From an uncultured Pelagibacteraceae bacterium (GTDB lineage: Bacteria; Pseudomonadota; Alphaproteobacteria; Pelagibacterales; AG-422-B15): a stretch of 42,840 nt of DNA. Below are positions 15,543 to 25,791 of this stretch, piece by piece. A program made the position numbers and the translations under genes. The stretch spans positions 1 through 42,840 of the forward strand of contig CACFGR010000002.1 in NCBI GenBank assembly GCA_902565955.1. The letters are read 5' to 3'. The first letter of the stretch is position 1; every line of letters starts with the position of its first letter. Below the pieces are notes generated by a model, which saw only the letters and a list, made by a program, of their open reading frames with translations, was not told where the DNA came from and did no database searches.

Positions 15543-17930
15543 TTAGGATCTAACAGTTCCGGAAGTAGACTTTTCCACAGATTCAATAATTTTTGAACTT
15601 ATTTCAGAAATGTCATTTTCGGCAAGGGTTTTTTCGTTAGATTGTAATGTAACCTTTATAGCAATAGACTTTTTGTCTTTTCCCAAACTATCATCTTCAA
15701 ATAAATCAAAGATCTCAACATTTCTAATTAATTCTTTATCCACCTTAAAGGCTGAAGTAATAACTTCATCACCTTTTACTTTTTTATCAATAACAAAGGC
15801 AAAGTCTCTTGTGACAACCTGAAAATCACTTAAGTTTAGTACAGGCTTGTTTGTATTTTTCTTTTCTGTGTTTGGCAGTTCATCAAGATATAATTCAAAT
15901 ATATTCGTTCTATTCTTAATCTTAAATTGTCCTGCAACTCTTGGGTGCAACTCTCCAAAATATCCGACAACAACCGAATTATTAATTTTTATCGAGCCAG
16001 ATCTTCCGGGATGATACCACGAAGGACATTCATTAGAGATTGATATTTTTTTGTTACCTGGAATTAAATGATCAATTAAGGAAGTTAAATCTTGTTTAGC
16101 ATCATATATATCAAATTCTGTCTGCTTATTTTTCCAAGACTTTTCTATCTTAATTCCTGATCTAATTCCACATGCAACGTTCAATTGATCCTCGGGAGAT
16201 GTTGATCTGAACTGACTACCTATCTCAAAAATCGAGAAAGAATCAAAGTTTCTGTTCTTGTTTTTTTTAATTGCTTGAAGAAGATTAGGCAGAAGATTAG
16301 GTCTCAATATGTTCAACTCCTCTGATATTGGGTTTACAATTTTTAATTTATTAATATCGCCAAATACTTCACAATTTTTTGAGTCTGTGAATGAAAATGT
16401 TACTAATTCATCATATCCAATTGAAGCAATGAAGTGTCTTGTTTTCATTAACTTCTTTTGTGCGTAATTTAAGATATTGTGATTAATTTTACTTTTTGAT
16501 CTTATATTGCTTGTCGGAATATTTTCATATCCTTTTATGCGAATAACTTCTTCACTTATGTCGGCTTCTCCATGAATATCTTGTCGCCAAGAAGGTATTG
16601 AACATTTAATAACATCTCCTTTTTGACTCGTCTCAATTCCTAAAGAACTAAGTATTGATATTAATTCTTTGTCTGATACTTCAAAACCAAGTCTTTTTGA
16701 AATATAACTACTAGAAGTTGATACCTCATTTTTATTTTCTTTGATATTTCCAGCCAACTCAACCTCACTGCACTCACCGCCGCATATTTCAAGAATTAGT
16801 TGAGTTGCAAGATCTATCCCTTTTAACGTTGAATTTGGATCAATGCCTCTTTCAAAACGATATCTTGCATCACTGAGAATTGACAAGTTTCTTCCCGTCT
16901 TGGCTGTGTTAACCTCATCAAATAAGGCGGACTCTAGTAAAACGTTTTTTGTCTCAGTACTGCAACCTGTGCTTTCGCCCCCCATGATCCCCCCTAGGCC
17001 TAGTACTTTTTTCTCATCCGCTATTACGCACATACCATTTTTTAGCTGATAATCTTTTTCATCGAGCGCTAGAAAACTTTCTCCATCATTTGCTTTGCGC
17101 ACAATAATTTTGCCGTCTATTTTATCTGCATCGTAAACGTGAAGTGGCCGGTTCTCGTCATACATTACAAAATTAGTAATATCAACCAGCGCAGATATTG
17201 GCCTTAAACCTATTGACTTAAGTTTATTTTTAAGCCATTCCGGGCTTTCATTATTCTTTACATTTCTAAAATATCTTCCAGCAAAGGCCGAGCATATTTT
17301 ATTATCTTTTATTTCAATTTTAATTGGTGATTTAAAGGAACCTTTTTCTCTAGATATTTTTCTCTCTAACAATTCCCCGATACCGGCTGAGGCAAGATCT
17401 CGAGCTATTCCCTTTACACCTAGACAATCTTGTCGATTTGGAGTGATACCAATTTCTATTACAATATCATTAAGGCCATAAATCTCTGAAAAAGATCTAC
17501 CAATAGTTTCTTTTTCTTCGAGTCGAATTATTCCATCATGCTCATTTGAGATACCAAGTTCATATTCTGAACACATCATACCATAGGACTCTACCCCTCT
17601 AATCTTGGCAGCTTTAATTTTCATATGATTAACCGGAATAGTTGAACCAACTGGCGCATAAACCACCTTCATGCCTTTTTCTACATTTGGCGCACCACAA
17701 ACTACATCAACCTTTTCTTTGCCAATATCAACTTTACATAGTTTTAATTTATCCGCATTTGGGTGTTTTTTTTCTTCAAGCACCTGTCCAACAATAAAAT
17801 CCTGGTATGCTTTTCCCGTATCTTGAATATCTTCAACTTCAAGGCCGATAGAAGTGAGTTTCTTTTCAATTTCTTCGAAATGAGCATTTGTCTTAAGATG
17901 CTCAGTTAGCCAAGAATAACTAAATTTCAT
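15543..17930 (-). CDS. pheT: phenylalanine--tRNA ligase beta subunit
   Basis: 795 aa with the N-terminus MKFSYSWL and a tRNA-binding domain. It lies immediately downstream of pheS. Confidence 0.95.
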   Translation of the reverse strand: MKFSYSWLTEHLKTNAHFEEIEKKLTSIGLEVEDIQDTGKAYQDFIVGQVLEEKKHPNADKLKLCKVDIGKEKVDVVCGAPNVEKGMKVVYAPVGSTIPVNHMKIKAAKIRGVESYGMMCSEYELGISNEHDGIIRLEEKETIGRSFSEIYGLNDIVIEIGITPNRQDCLGVKGIARDLASAGIGELLERKISREKGSFKSPIKIEIKDNKICSAFAGRYFRNVKNNESPEWLKNKLKSIGLRPISALVDITNFVMYDENRPLHVYDADKIDGKIIVRKANDGESFLALDEKDYQLKNGMCVIADEKKVLGLGGIMGGESTGCSTETKNVLLESALFDEVNTAKTGRNLSILSDARYRFERGIDPNSTLKGIDLATQLILEICGGECSEVELAGNIKENKNEVSTSSSYISKRLGFEVSDKELISILSSLGIETSQKGDVIKCSIPSWRQDIHGEADISEEVIRIKGYENIPTSNIRSKSKINHNILNYAQKKLMKTRHFIASIGYDELVTFSFTDSKNCEVFGDINKLKIVNPISEELNILRPNLLPNLLQAIKKNKNRNFDSFSIFEIGSQFRSTSPEDQLNVACGIRSGIKIEKSWKNKQTEFDIYDAKQDLTSLIDHLIPGNKKISISNECPSWYHPGRSGSIKINNSVVVGYFGELHPRVAGQFKIKNRTNIFELYLDELPNTEKKNTNKPVLNLSDFQVVTRDFAFVIDKKVKGDEVITSAFKVDKELIRNVEIFDLFEDDSLGKDKKSIAIKVTLQSNEKTLAENDISEISSKIIESVEKSTSGTVRS

Positions 17931-19001
17931 CTAGCTTAAGTCTCCTATGATCGAAGGTATGTTCAAAGGTGAAAAACCATAATGCTTATTCCATCTAAGA
18001 TCACTATCAAAGAAAGTTCTTAAATCACTAATTCCGTATTTGAGCATTGCAAGTCTCTCTATCCCCATACCAAATGCATAACCTTGATATTCATTTGAAT
18101 TAATATTTACATTTTCAAGTACGTTTGGATGAACCATTCCGCATCCTAAAATTTCCAACCAATCTTCACCCTCTCCAATAATTAATTGATTTCCTTTCTT
18201 AGTATATCCAATATCAACTTCTGCAGATGGTTCAGTAAACGGGAAATGACTAGGTCGAAATCTCATATTTAATTTATCAGTCTCAAAAAAAGTCTTGAGG
18301 AATATTTCTAAACAACCCTTGAGGTGGCTCATATTGCTTTCTTGATCTATTACTAAACCCTCAACTTGATGGAACATAGGAGAATGCGTTTGATCATTAT
18401 CACATCTAAATGTTTTTCCAGGAGCAATTAATCGAATTGGTGGTTTTTGCTTTAACATACTTCTTATTTGAACTGGCGAGGTGTGGGTTCTTAGAACATT
18501 TGGCATTCCATCACTCTCAGTTTCTACATAAAAAGTATCATGCATTTGTCGTGCAGGGTGGTGTTCAGAAGTATTTAAAGCAGTAAAATTATTATAATCA
18601 GTTTCAACTTCAGGTCCTTCAGCAACAAAAAAATCTAAGTCGCCAAATATAGTTATAACTTCCTCTATAACCTGACTGATTGGGTGAATAGTTCCGTATG
18701 ACTTTGAAGTAGATAGAGTGATATCTAAAGTTTCAGAGTTAAGTTTTTTTTCTAATTCCTCACTATTTAACTCTTCAGTCTTTGAAGCTATTATTTCTAG
18801 AACAGAGTCTTTAATTTTATTTAATTTTTCAGCATGCTTCTTTCTTTCATCACCAGAAAGACTGGCTAGCTCTTTCATTTCGAGAGAAATAATACCTTTC
18901 TTACCAAGAAATTTAATCCTAAATTCATTTATGCTTTCGATATTTGTAAATTTATCTGAAGCTTTTTTTATTTCAATTTCTAACTCTCTAAAATCTTTCA
19001 T
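17931..19001 (-). CDS. pheS: phenylalanine--tRNA ligase alpha subunit
   Basis: 356 aa with class II motifs (HPARQMHDTFY, FRCD, GFAFGMGIERLAM). Its stop abuts the pheT start. Confidence 0.95.
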   Translation of the reverse strand: MKDFRELEIEIKKASDKFTNIESINEFRIKFLGKKGIISLEMKELASLSGDERKKHAEKLNKIKDSVLEIIASKTEELNSEELEKKLNSETLDITLSTSKSYGTIHPISQVIEEVITIFGDLDFFVAEGPEVETDYNNFTALNTSEHHPARQMHDTFYVETESDGMPNVLRTHTSPVQIRSMLKQKPPIRLIAPGKTFRCDNDQTHSPMFHQVEGLVIDQESNMSHLKGCLEIFLKTFFETDKLNMRFRPSHFPFTEPSAEVDIGYTKKGNQLIIGEGEDWLEILGCGMVHPNVLENVNINSNEYQGYAFGMGIERLAMLKYGISDLRTFFDSDLRWNKHYGFSPLNIPSIIGDLS

Positions 19002-19072
19002 CGTAGAACAACAATATCAGATTTAGTTTTTTCTGTAATAATAATATGCTTGAGAATATGATGCCAACTGAA

Positions 19073-19429
19073 TTATTTGGCTGAGGACTGAACTTGTTTT
19101 GCTAAATGCTCAAAAGAAGTAGGTTCATTCATAGCAAGATCAGCTAAAATTTTACGATCTAATTCGATGTTTAATTTTTTAAGACCATTCATGAAAACTG
19201 AATAAGAAATTCCATGTAATCTAGCTCCAGCATTTATTCTTTGGGTCCAAAGTGATCTAAACTCTCTTTTTTTCACTCTTCGATCACGATAGGCATACTG
19301 CATTGATTTTTCTACAGCTTGCTTTGCAACTTTAAAAGTATTCTTTCTTCTGCCTCTATATCCTTTGGCTTGCTTAATTACTTTTTTATGTCTTGCGTGT
19401 GCAGTAACTCCTCTTTTAACTCTTGCCAT
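19073..19429 (-). CDS. rplT: 50S ribosomal protein L20
   Basis: 118 aa with the N-terminus [16 protein letters not shown]. Confidence 0.97.
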   Translation of the reverse strand: MARVKRGVTAHARHKKVIKQAKGYRGRRKNTFKVAKQAVEKSMQYAYRDRRVKKREFRSLWTQRINAGARLHGISYSVFMNGLKKLNIELDRKILADLAMNEPTSFEHLAKQVQSSAK

Positions 19430-19445
19430 TATATCTTCCTATTTA

Positions 19446-19643
19446 TTAAGCGTAGGGTAAAAACTTTTTAACTATTCGGGCATCTTGATCAGATAAAATT
19501 GTAGAACCTCTTTGGTTTCTTATCTGTTTATTTGTTCTTTTAATCATACCGTGTCTTTTTCCACTTTGATATGATTTAACTTTGCCAGAAGCTGTAAGCC
19601 TAAATCTCTTATTAGCGCCTTTTTTTGTTTTTAATTTACTCAT
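19446..19643 (-). CDS. rpmI: 50S ribosomal protein L35
   Basis: I trimmed the start to [14 protein letters not shown] (65 aa), the usual L35 N-terminus. The 14-codon upstream extension in the ORF track is unlikely to be translated. Confidence 0.9.
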   Translation of the reverse strand: MSKLKTKKGANKRFRLTASGKVKSYQSGKRHGMIKRTNKQIRNQRGSTILSDQDARIVKKFLPYA

Positions 19644-19721
19644 ATTGAATGAACGGTTTATAGACCCTAGGTAAGAAAAAATCAAAAGTTTTTTATTAAT
19701 GATAAGAATTAACTGCTGCTG

Positions 19722-20270
19722 CTAATTTGCAGTGAAAATCATGGTAAATTGGCGACCTTCAAGTTTTGGCTCTTGCTCGATTTTACTTGTCGTACCCATT
19801 GTTTCTCGAATTCTCTCCATCAAATTTTCAGCAATATCATGATGTTCAAACTCTCTACCTTTAAATCGGATAGTAAATTTTACTTTATCGCCTGCAGCGA
19901 TAAATTTTTGAGCAGCCTTTACCTTGAAGTCGTAATCGTGAACATCAATTCCCGGCCTCATCTTGATTTCTTTAATTGTAATTTCTTTTTGTTTTTTCTT
20001 GGACGTACTAGCTTTTTTTTGGGCCTCATATTTAAATTTTCCAAAATCAAGAATTTTGCACACAGGGGGGTCAACTTGTGGAGATACTTCAACTAAATCA
20101 AGGCCTGCATCTGAAGCTTTTTGCATCGCCTCATCAGTATTAACAACCCCTAAGTTGTTACCTTTTTCATCAATTAATCTTACAGTGGAAGAAGTTATAA
20201 ATTCGTTTATGCGAAACTTTGGACCTTTAGTAGATAGCTGGGCTCTATTATTTTTTCTTTGAAGTGCTAT
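19722..20270 (-). CDS. infC: translation initiation factor IF-3, non-AUG start (AUA at 20270, or AUU at 20276)
   Basis: The track ORF starts mid-protein. My upstream in-frame translation gives IALQRKNNRAQLSTKGPKFRINEFITSSTVRLIDEKGNNLGVVNTDEA, the conserved IF-3 N-domain. AAGGAG lies 6 nt before the AUA. Confidence 0.85.
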   Translation of the reverse strand: MALQRKNNRAQLSTKGPKFRINEFITSSTVRLIDEKGNNLGVVNTDEAMQKASDAGLDLVEVSPQVDPPVCKILDFGKFKYEAQKKASTSKKKQKEITIKEIKMRPGIDVHDYDFKVKAAQKFIAAGDKVKFTIRFKGREFEHHDIAENLMERIRETMGTTSKIEQEPKLEGRQFTMIFTAN

Positions 20271-20285
20271 TTTAATCTCCTTTGT

Positions 20286-22025
20286 CTATTGATGAGACGG
20301 CATCATACATTTTTTTTGAAAAAAATCATTTAATTTTTCAAATTTAATTTTTTCTTGTTTATCATTACCAAACTCCCTCAATGTTACAGTATTGTCTTCC
20401 ATTTCGTTCTTACCTAGGATCAATTGATAAGGTATTTTTTTTAGAGAGTTTTCTCTTATTTTGTAGCTTATCTTCTCATTTCTTAAGTCCTTTTCAACTC
20501 TAATACCTTTGTTTTTAAGAGATAAAAATACTCTCTCTGCGTATTCGTTTATGTCAGATGTAATTGGTGTAACCACAGCTTGTATTGGCGCTAACCAAAG
20601 TGGTAAATTGCCAGCATAATGTTCTATCAAAATTCCTGTAAACCTCTCTAAAGATCCAAACAATGCTCGATGTAACATTACTGGATTATGCTTTTGACCA
20701 TCTTCTGCAACATAATGACCGCCAAGTCTCTCAGGCAAGTTAAGATCAACTTGTAATGTTCCACATTGCCACTCTCTACCAATGGCGTCCTTTAGAATAA
20801 ATTCTAATTTTGGACCATAAAATGCACCTTCACCTGGATTTAAAGTATATTCTAATCCTGTAGCTTCCATTGCCTCACGAAGAGCAGCCTCAGATTTATC
20901 CCATACGTCATCATTACCGACTCTTTTTTCAGGACGGTCAGAAAATTTAATTGATACATTTTCAAATCCAAAATCTTTATAAATACTTAAAACTAAATCG
21001 CATACCTTTTTGCTTTCTTCAGTAATTTGGTCTTCAGTGCAAAATATATGTGCGTCATCTTGTGTAAATGCCCTGACTCTCATTAAACCATGAAGGGCAC
21101 CCGATGGCTCATATCTGTGAACTTTTCCAAACTCAGCAACCCTTAACGGTAAATCTCTATAACTCTTCAGTCCTTGCTTGTATACTTGTACACAACCAGG
21201 ACAATTCATTGGTTTAAGAGCATAAACACGTTCTTCCCTTGCTTCTGTGGTAAACATATTATCACCAAATTTTTCAAGGTGTCCGGATCTTTCCCATAAT
21301 GACTTATCCATAATATCGGGAGTGTTAATTTCTTCATACCCAGCCTCTTCTTGTCGGTGACGCATGTAATCTATAAGTGTCCTGAATAATGTCCAACCTT
21401 TTGCGTGCCAAAAAACTGAACCTGGAGCCTCTTCTTGAAAATGAAATAAATCTAGCTCTTTGCCAAGTTTTCTATGATCTCTTTTTTCTGCTTCCTTTAA
21501 CAAATTCAGATAATTTTCAAGATCTTCTTGTGTTTCCCAAGCTGTGCCGTAAATTCTTTGAAGCATTGGGTTATTTGAATCACCTCGCCAGTAAGCTCCT
21601 GCTACTTTTGTTAATTTAAATGCTTTTCCAATTTTGCCTGTTGACTCTAAATGTGGTCCCTTGCAAAGATCAAACCATTCACCGTGATAATATACTTTAA
21701 GTTCTTCACTTTCAGGCAAGCCTCTAATGATCTCTACTTTATAGTTTTCACCTTTATCGGAAAATAGCTTAATCGCATCTTCCCTGCTCATTACTTTAAA
21801 TGAAGTCTTTTCGTCCCGATTTACAATTTCTTTCATTTTCTTTTCGATCGTTCCGAGGTCTTTTTCAGTAAACGGCTCTTTTCGGTCAAAATCATAATAA
21901 AAACCATTTTCGATTACAGGACCGATGGTAACCTGTGCATCAGGAAATAACTCCTGAACAGCCATAGCCAATACATGGGCTGTATCATGCCTTAAAATAT
22001 CAATAAATGTTTCGTTGTTACTCAT
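20286..22025 (-). CDS. thrS: threonine--tRNA ligase, lacking the N-terminal TGS domain
   Basis: 579 aa. It begins at the editing-domain HxxxH region (RHDTAHVL). Class II motifs and the anticodon-binding domain are present. Confidence 0.95.
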   Translation of the reverse strand: MSNNETFIDILRHDTAHVLAMAVQELFPDAQVTIGPVIENGFYYDFDRKEPFTEKDLGTIEKKMKEIVNRDEKTSFKVMSREDAIKLFSDKGENYKVEIIRGLPESEELKVYYHGEWFDLCKGPHLESTGKIGKAFKLTKVAGAYWRGDSNNPMLQRIYGTAWETQEDLENYLNLLKEAEKRDHRKLGKELDLFHFQEEAPGSVFWHAKGWTLFRTLIDYMRHRQEEAGYEEINTPDIMDKSLWERSGHLEKFGDNMFTTEAREERVYALKPMNCPGCVQVYKQGLKSYRDLPLRVAEFGKVHRYEPSGALHGLMRVRAFTQDDAHIFCTEDQITEESKKVCDLVLSIYKDFGFENVSIKFSDRPEKRVGNDDVWDKSEAALREAMEATGLEYTLNPGEGAFYGPKLEFILKDAIGREWQCGTLQVDLNLPERLGGHYVAEDGQKHNPVMLHRALFGSLERFTGILIEHYAGNLPLWLAPIQAVVTPITSDINEYAERVFLSLKNKGIRVEKDLRNEKISYKIRENSLKKIPYQLILGKNEMEDNTVTLREFGNDKQEKIKFEKLNDFFQKKCMMPSHQ

Positions 22026-22050
22026 AGAGCTTAAGTATTATATCATGTAT

Positions 22051-22974
22051 CTATAAATGAGAATCTATTTTATCGAAGACTTCTTCTATACTTATATTAC
22101 TTATATTCTTGGAAGAAATTGATAAAAAACTGCCTGTTTCAATGCTTACCTTCTCTGGTGTAATATGGCCGCCAAATAATGCTAAACCTCTGCAACCTAA
22201 GTGGGCAGCTAAATGTGCAGGTCCTGTATCATTTGAAATTACATATTTCGCACCTACAAGCAATTTTGCTAGTTGAAAAAAATTTGTTGGCTGATTGTTA
22301 TGTAAACACAACTTTACATTATATTTTCTTGATGCTTTTATTTCCCCTGGTCCTGGAGCAATAACGATATCCATATCAGAAAACTTTAATTTAAACTTTG
22401 AAATGAGCTCTTGATAGTAAGGCCAGATTTTTTGATGGTGTTTAGGAGAGCAAAAAGGAAATAAGACTATGTAGTTTTTTTTGATTTCAGAAGAAATTTG
22501 AAAGTCATTATCAACCATCCAAGAGACTTGTGGTTTTTCTGAAAACTTGGTATCTATTTTTGCTCTTGATAGTTGTATTTTAAATCGCTCTAAGATACTT
22601 TTTTTATCAAAATCTTCTTTTGTCTCGTTCAATCTTAAAATTGTTCTCGAAGAAATCCACTCAGATGATGACAGATACTTTCGATAAAATTCAGTTCGAT
22701 AGGAATTTTGTAAATCAAAAACTCTTTCAAATTTGTATTGAGTGAATAATTGCTTTAACCGATATAAATAGATGAAATTCCATCGAGACTTTCTCTTATC
22801 TAAAATTACTTCATCAACAAAAGGGCACTTACTAAAATAATTATTAAATGCCGGTGTCGTTAAAATGTATATTTTATATTCTGAGTAATACTCTCGGATA
22901 TCTCTTAAACATCCATTTATTTGAATAATATCCCCAAAAGAACCGTGTTTAATGACCAAAATATTTTTTACCAT
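22051..22974 (-). CDS. glycosyltransferase family 9 (heptosyltransferase-like)
   Basis: 307 aa with an N-terminal LVIKHGSFGDI and a C-terminal NDTGPAHLAA motif. Confidence 0.8.
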   Translation of the reverse strand: MVKNILVIKHGSFGDIIQINGCLRDIREYYSEYKIYILTTPAFNNYFSKCPFVDEVILDKRKSRWNFIYLYRLKQLFTQYKFERVFDLQNSYRTEFYRKYLSSSEWISSRTILRLNETKEDFDKKSILERFKIQLSRAKIDTKFSEKPQVSWMVDNDFQISSEIKKNYIVLFPFCSPKHHQKIWPYYQELISKFKLKFSDMDIVIAPGPGEIKASRKYNVKLCLHNNQPTNFFQLAKLLVGAKYVISNDTGPAHLAAHLGCRGLALFGGHITPEKVSIETGSFLSISSKNISNISIEEVFDKIDSHL

Positions 22975-24114
22975 TTAATTTATAACTTCTTCGTAAAAAT
23001 TTATTGTCTCCTCACACATTTTAATTTTTGAATATTTTTCTCTTACATGTGAAATGCATGCTTCTGAAGTCTTATCTGATTTATGTTTTTCATTAGAAAT
23101 TGCATCAATTATTTTTTCACATAGATCCTCAGAGTTATTGTTTTCAAATAAGTAGCCTGTTTCGCCATCTTTCACAGTCTCGACTGACCCTCCATGATTT
23201 GACGCTATTACAAATTTACCCATTGCTTGGGCCTCGACAGAAATTCTGCCAAAAGCTTCTGGATCTGTTGACGCAGATATTACTAAATCAGCCAGACTAT
23301 AAAAATTATTTAAATCATTCCTGGGGCCCACAAAATGAAGAGATTTTGCAAGGTTGTGTTCGTTTGCAAAATTTTTTAATGAAGTCTTAAGTTTATAATT
23401 TTCATCGGGACCAACAAAAATTATCTCGAATTTATGATTTGTTTTTTTAAGAATACTAGAAATCGCTTGAAGAAGAAGTTTATGTCCCTTCCATCCCGTT
23501 AATCTTCCAGCAAGAAGAATCTTAATTGCATCATTATCAATATTGAATTCTTTTATAATTAATTCTACTTCCTGAGTTTTACAGTTACTTGGATCAAAAA
23601 AATCCAGATCTATGCCTCTAGCAATAGTTCTAATATTATAATTTTTAGTTGGGTAACAATTATTTATATGATTATTAATAAATTCTGAAATTGCAATTGT
23701 TCCATTTGTTTTTAACATAATAGAGTTATAGTATTTTTTTAGTGAGTTACTAAAATTGTATGTACCATGAAATGTTGTGATAAATTTTGCGCCAGTTACA
23801 GCACATGCAAAGTATGAGCTCCATGCAGGTGCTCTACTTCTAGCGTGAACAATTGTTATATTTAGTTTTTTAATAAGTTGTATAATTTTAATTGTATTCA
23901 AAAAAATTTTAAGTGGGTTTTTAGAGTTAACGGGGGCATAAAAAACTTTTTCATTAGAGTCTTTTACTTCTATTGATTTAGGCCCTGAATGAGTAAGAAT
24001 ATAAGAATTATAGTTCTTCTCTAACAAAAAATTTGCAACATCAACACATCCTTGAGAAGCACCACTTACATCAAGATTAGGTATTACTTGTAATACGCAA
24101 ATTTTTGATTGCAT
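22975..24114 (-). CDS. glycosyltransferase family 4 (GT-B, group 1)
   Basis: 379 aa with an E-x7-E region (EAFGRISVEAQAMGKFVIASNHGGSVETVKDGETGYL). Confidence 0.85.
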   Translation of the reverse strand: MQSKICVLQVIPNLDVSGASQGCVDVANFLLEKNYNSYILTHSGPKSIEVKDSNEKVFYAPVNSKNPLKIFLNTIKIIQLIKKLNITIVHARSRAPAWSSYFACAVTGAKFITTFHGTYNFSNSLKKYYNSIMLKTNGTIAISEFINNHINNCYPTKNYNIRTIARGIDLDFFDPSNCKTQEVELIIKEFNIDNDAIKILLAGRLTGWKGHKLLLQAISSILKKTNHKFEIIFVGPDENYKLKTSLKNFANEHNLAKSLHFVGPRNDLNNFYSLADLVISASTDPEAFGRISVEAQAMGKFVIASNHGGSVETVKDGETGYLFENNNSEDLCEKIIDAISNEKHKSDKTSEACISHVREKYSKIKMCEETINFYEEVIN

Positions 24115-24154
24115 ATAGTATTTCTAATAGTTAAATGATTAATAGTAAATCATT

Positions 24155-24901
24155 ATGCAAAATAAAATTAATTACATCAATTCTTCTTTTGATGAACAAA
24201 TCGCTTACTCAAAAGATGATCTAAAATCTCAAACAACAATTTTCTTCTTTGGAGGGTACAGCTCAAGCATGGATGGAACTAAGGCAACTGCTTTAAGTAA
24301 ATGGTGCATTGAAAATAAATTGAATTTTTTGAGATTTGACTATTCCGGCCATGGCGTGTCAAAGGGTAGATTTGAAGATGGCGGAATTAGTAAGTGGTCA
24401 ACAGAGGCGAGTGAAATATTTGAAAAATTTAAATCAAATAAAAATATTATTATCGGTTCGAGTATGGGTGGATGGATTTCTTTGATCGTATCTAAGCAAA
24501 AATCAAATTATGTGCATGGTCTAGTAGGCATAGCATCAGCACCAGATTTTGTTGTAGGTGAATGGAATAGGCTAAGTGTTGAACAAAAAAAACAAATTAA
24601 GTCTGAAGGTAAAATTATAATTAATTGGGATAAGTACGCTGAAGATTACACCATAACTTATAAATTTCTTGAAGATGGAAAAAAAAATATGCTCTTAACA
24701 AAGCCAATAAATATCTTTTGTCCTGTAAGGCTTCTTCATGGAAGGAAAGATCAGGTAGTAAGCTTTACAACCTCTGAGAAAATTATTGAATTATTGGAAA
24801 GTAAAAATAAAAAACTAACAATTATTGAAGATGGAGATCATAGTCTTTCAAGAGAAACTGATCTAAATACTTTATACAAAAATATCGAAGAATTATTATA
24901 A
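24155..24901 (+). CDS. alpha/beta hydrolase family protein
   Basis: 248 aa with the nucleophile elbow GSSMGG and a late D...H (EDGDHSL). Confidence 0.8.
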   Translation: MQNKINYINSSFDEQIAYSKDDLKSQTTIFFFGGYSSSMDGTKATALSKWCIENKLNFLRFDYSGHGVSKGRFEDGGISKWSTEASEIFEKFKSNKNIIIGSSMGGWISLIVSKQKSNYVHGLVGIASAPDFVVGEWNRLSVEQKKQIKSEGKIIINWDKYAEDYTITYKFLEDGKKNMLLTKPINIFCPVRLLHGRKDQVVSFTTSEKIIELLESKNKKLTIIEDGDHSLSRETDLNTLYKNIEELL

Positions 24902-25791
24902 TGAATTCAACTCTTAATAATTATTCACTTTTGGTATTTCTTGGTGCTGTTTGGGGAGCCTCTTTTGTAGCAATAAAATTTTGCAACTTTATGTTTAATC
25001 CAATTGAAATAGGTTTTTTTAGAACATTTATTGGGGCGATTTTTCTTCTTTTAGCAGTTATGTATAGAGCAGGAAACCTTCAGCTTTTTAAAGAAAATAC
25101 TTTTACTTACGCAATCATTGGATTATTTAACGCCGCAATCCCTTTCACTTTGATCCCTTACGGATTATTAACTCTGCCTAGCAACATAGGTGTCATTATA
25201 ATGTCAGCTAACCCTTTTCTTGCATTGATATTGGCACATTATTTTACAGATGATGAAAAATTAAACCTTAGAAAAATGATAGGAACTATAATTGGTTTTT
25301 CTGGAGTTGTCTTCGCGGTTGGCGTGCAAGTTTTTGTAACTGATATGTCAAGTTTTATCGGCGCTCTAGCGATTTATTTAGCGGGTTGTTCATATGTGGT
25401 ATCAAATTTAATTATTCGAAAAGTTTCAAACTTGCCTTCCGATATGGTTACGATGAATACGCTCGCATGGGGAAGTATATGGCTTATTCCATTGATGCTA
25501 TTATTTGCTGAACCAATAAATTATGAAATGAATCTTACGGCGATTTCTGCATTGTTTTATTTAGGCATAATTCCAACTGGCCTAGCATTTAGCCTGAGAC
25601 AAATATTGATTAGAACTGCGGGAACTACTTTCATGATGCAGGTGGCATACTTAATTCCTGTTTTTGGAATATTTTATGGCTGGGCATTAATGAATGAACC
25701 ACTGAAATTTTCATTATTAATTGGTGTTATACTTGTAGTAATTGGGATCGCAATTAGTAGATTACAAGTTGAGTCAAATACAGGAATTTAA
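24901..25791 (+). CDS. EamA/DMT family transporter
   Basis: 296 aa with 10 TM segments in two EamA-like halves. Its start overlaps the upstream stop (TAATG). Confidence 0.8.
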   Translation: MNSTLNNYSLLVFLGAVWGASFVAIKFCNFMFNPIEIGFFRTFIGAIFLLLAVMYRAGNLQLFKENTFTYAIIGLFNAAIPFTLIPYGLLTLPSNIGVIIMSANPFLALILAHYFTDDEKLNLRKMIGTIIGFSGVVFAVGVQVFVTDMSSFIGALAIYLAGCSYVVSNLIIRKVSNLPSDMVTMNTLAWGSIWLIPLMLLFAEPINYEMNLTAISALFYLGIIPTGLAFSLRQILIRTAGTTFMMQVAYLIPVFGIFYGWALMNEPLKFSLLIGVILVVIGIAISRLQVESNTGI

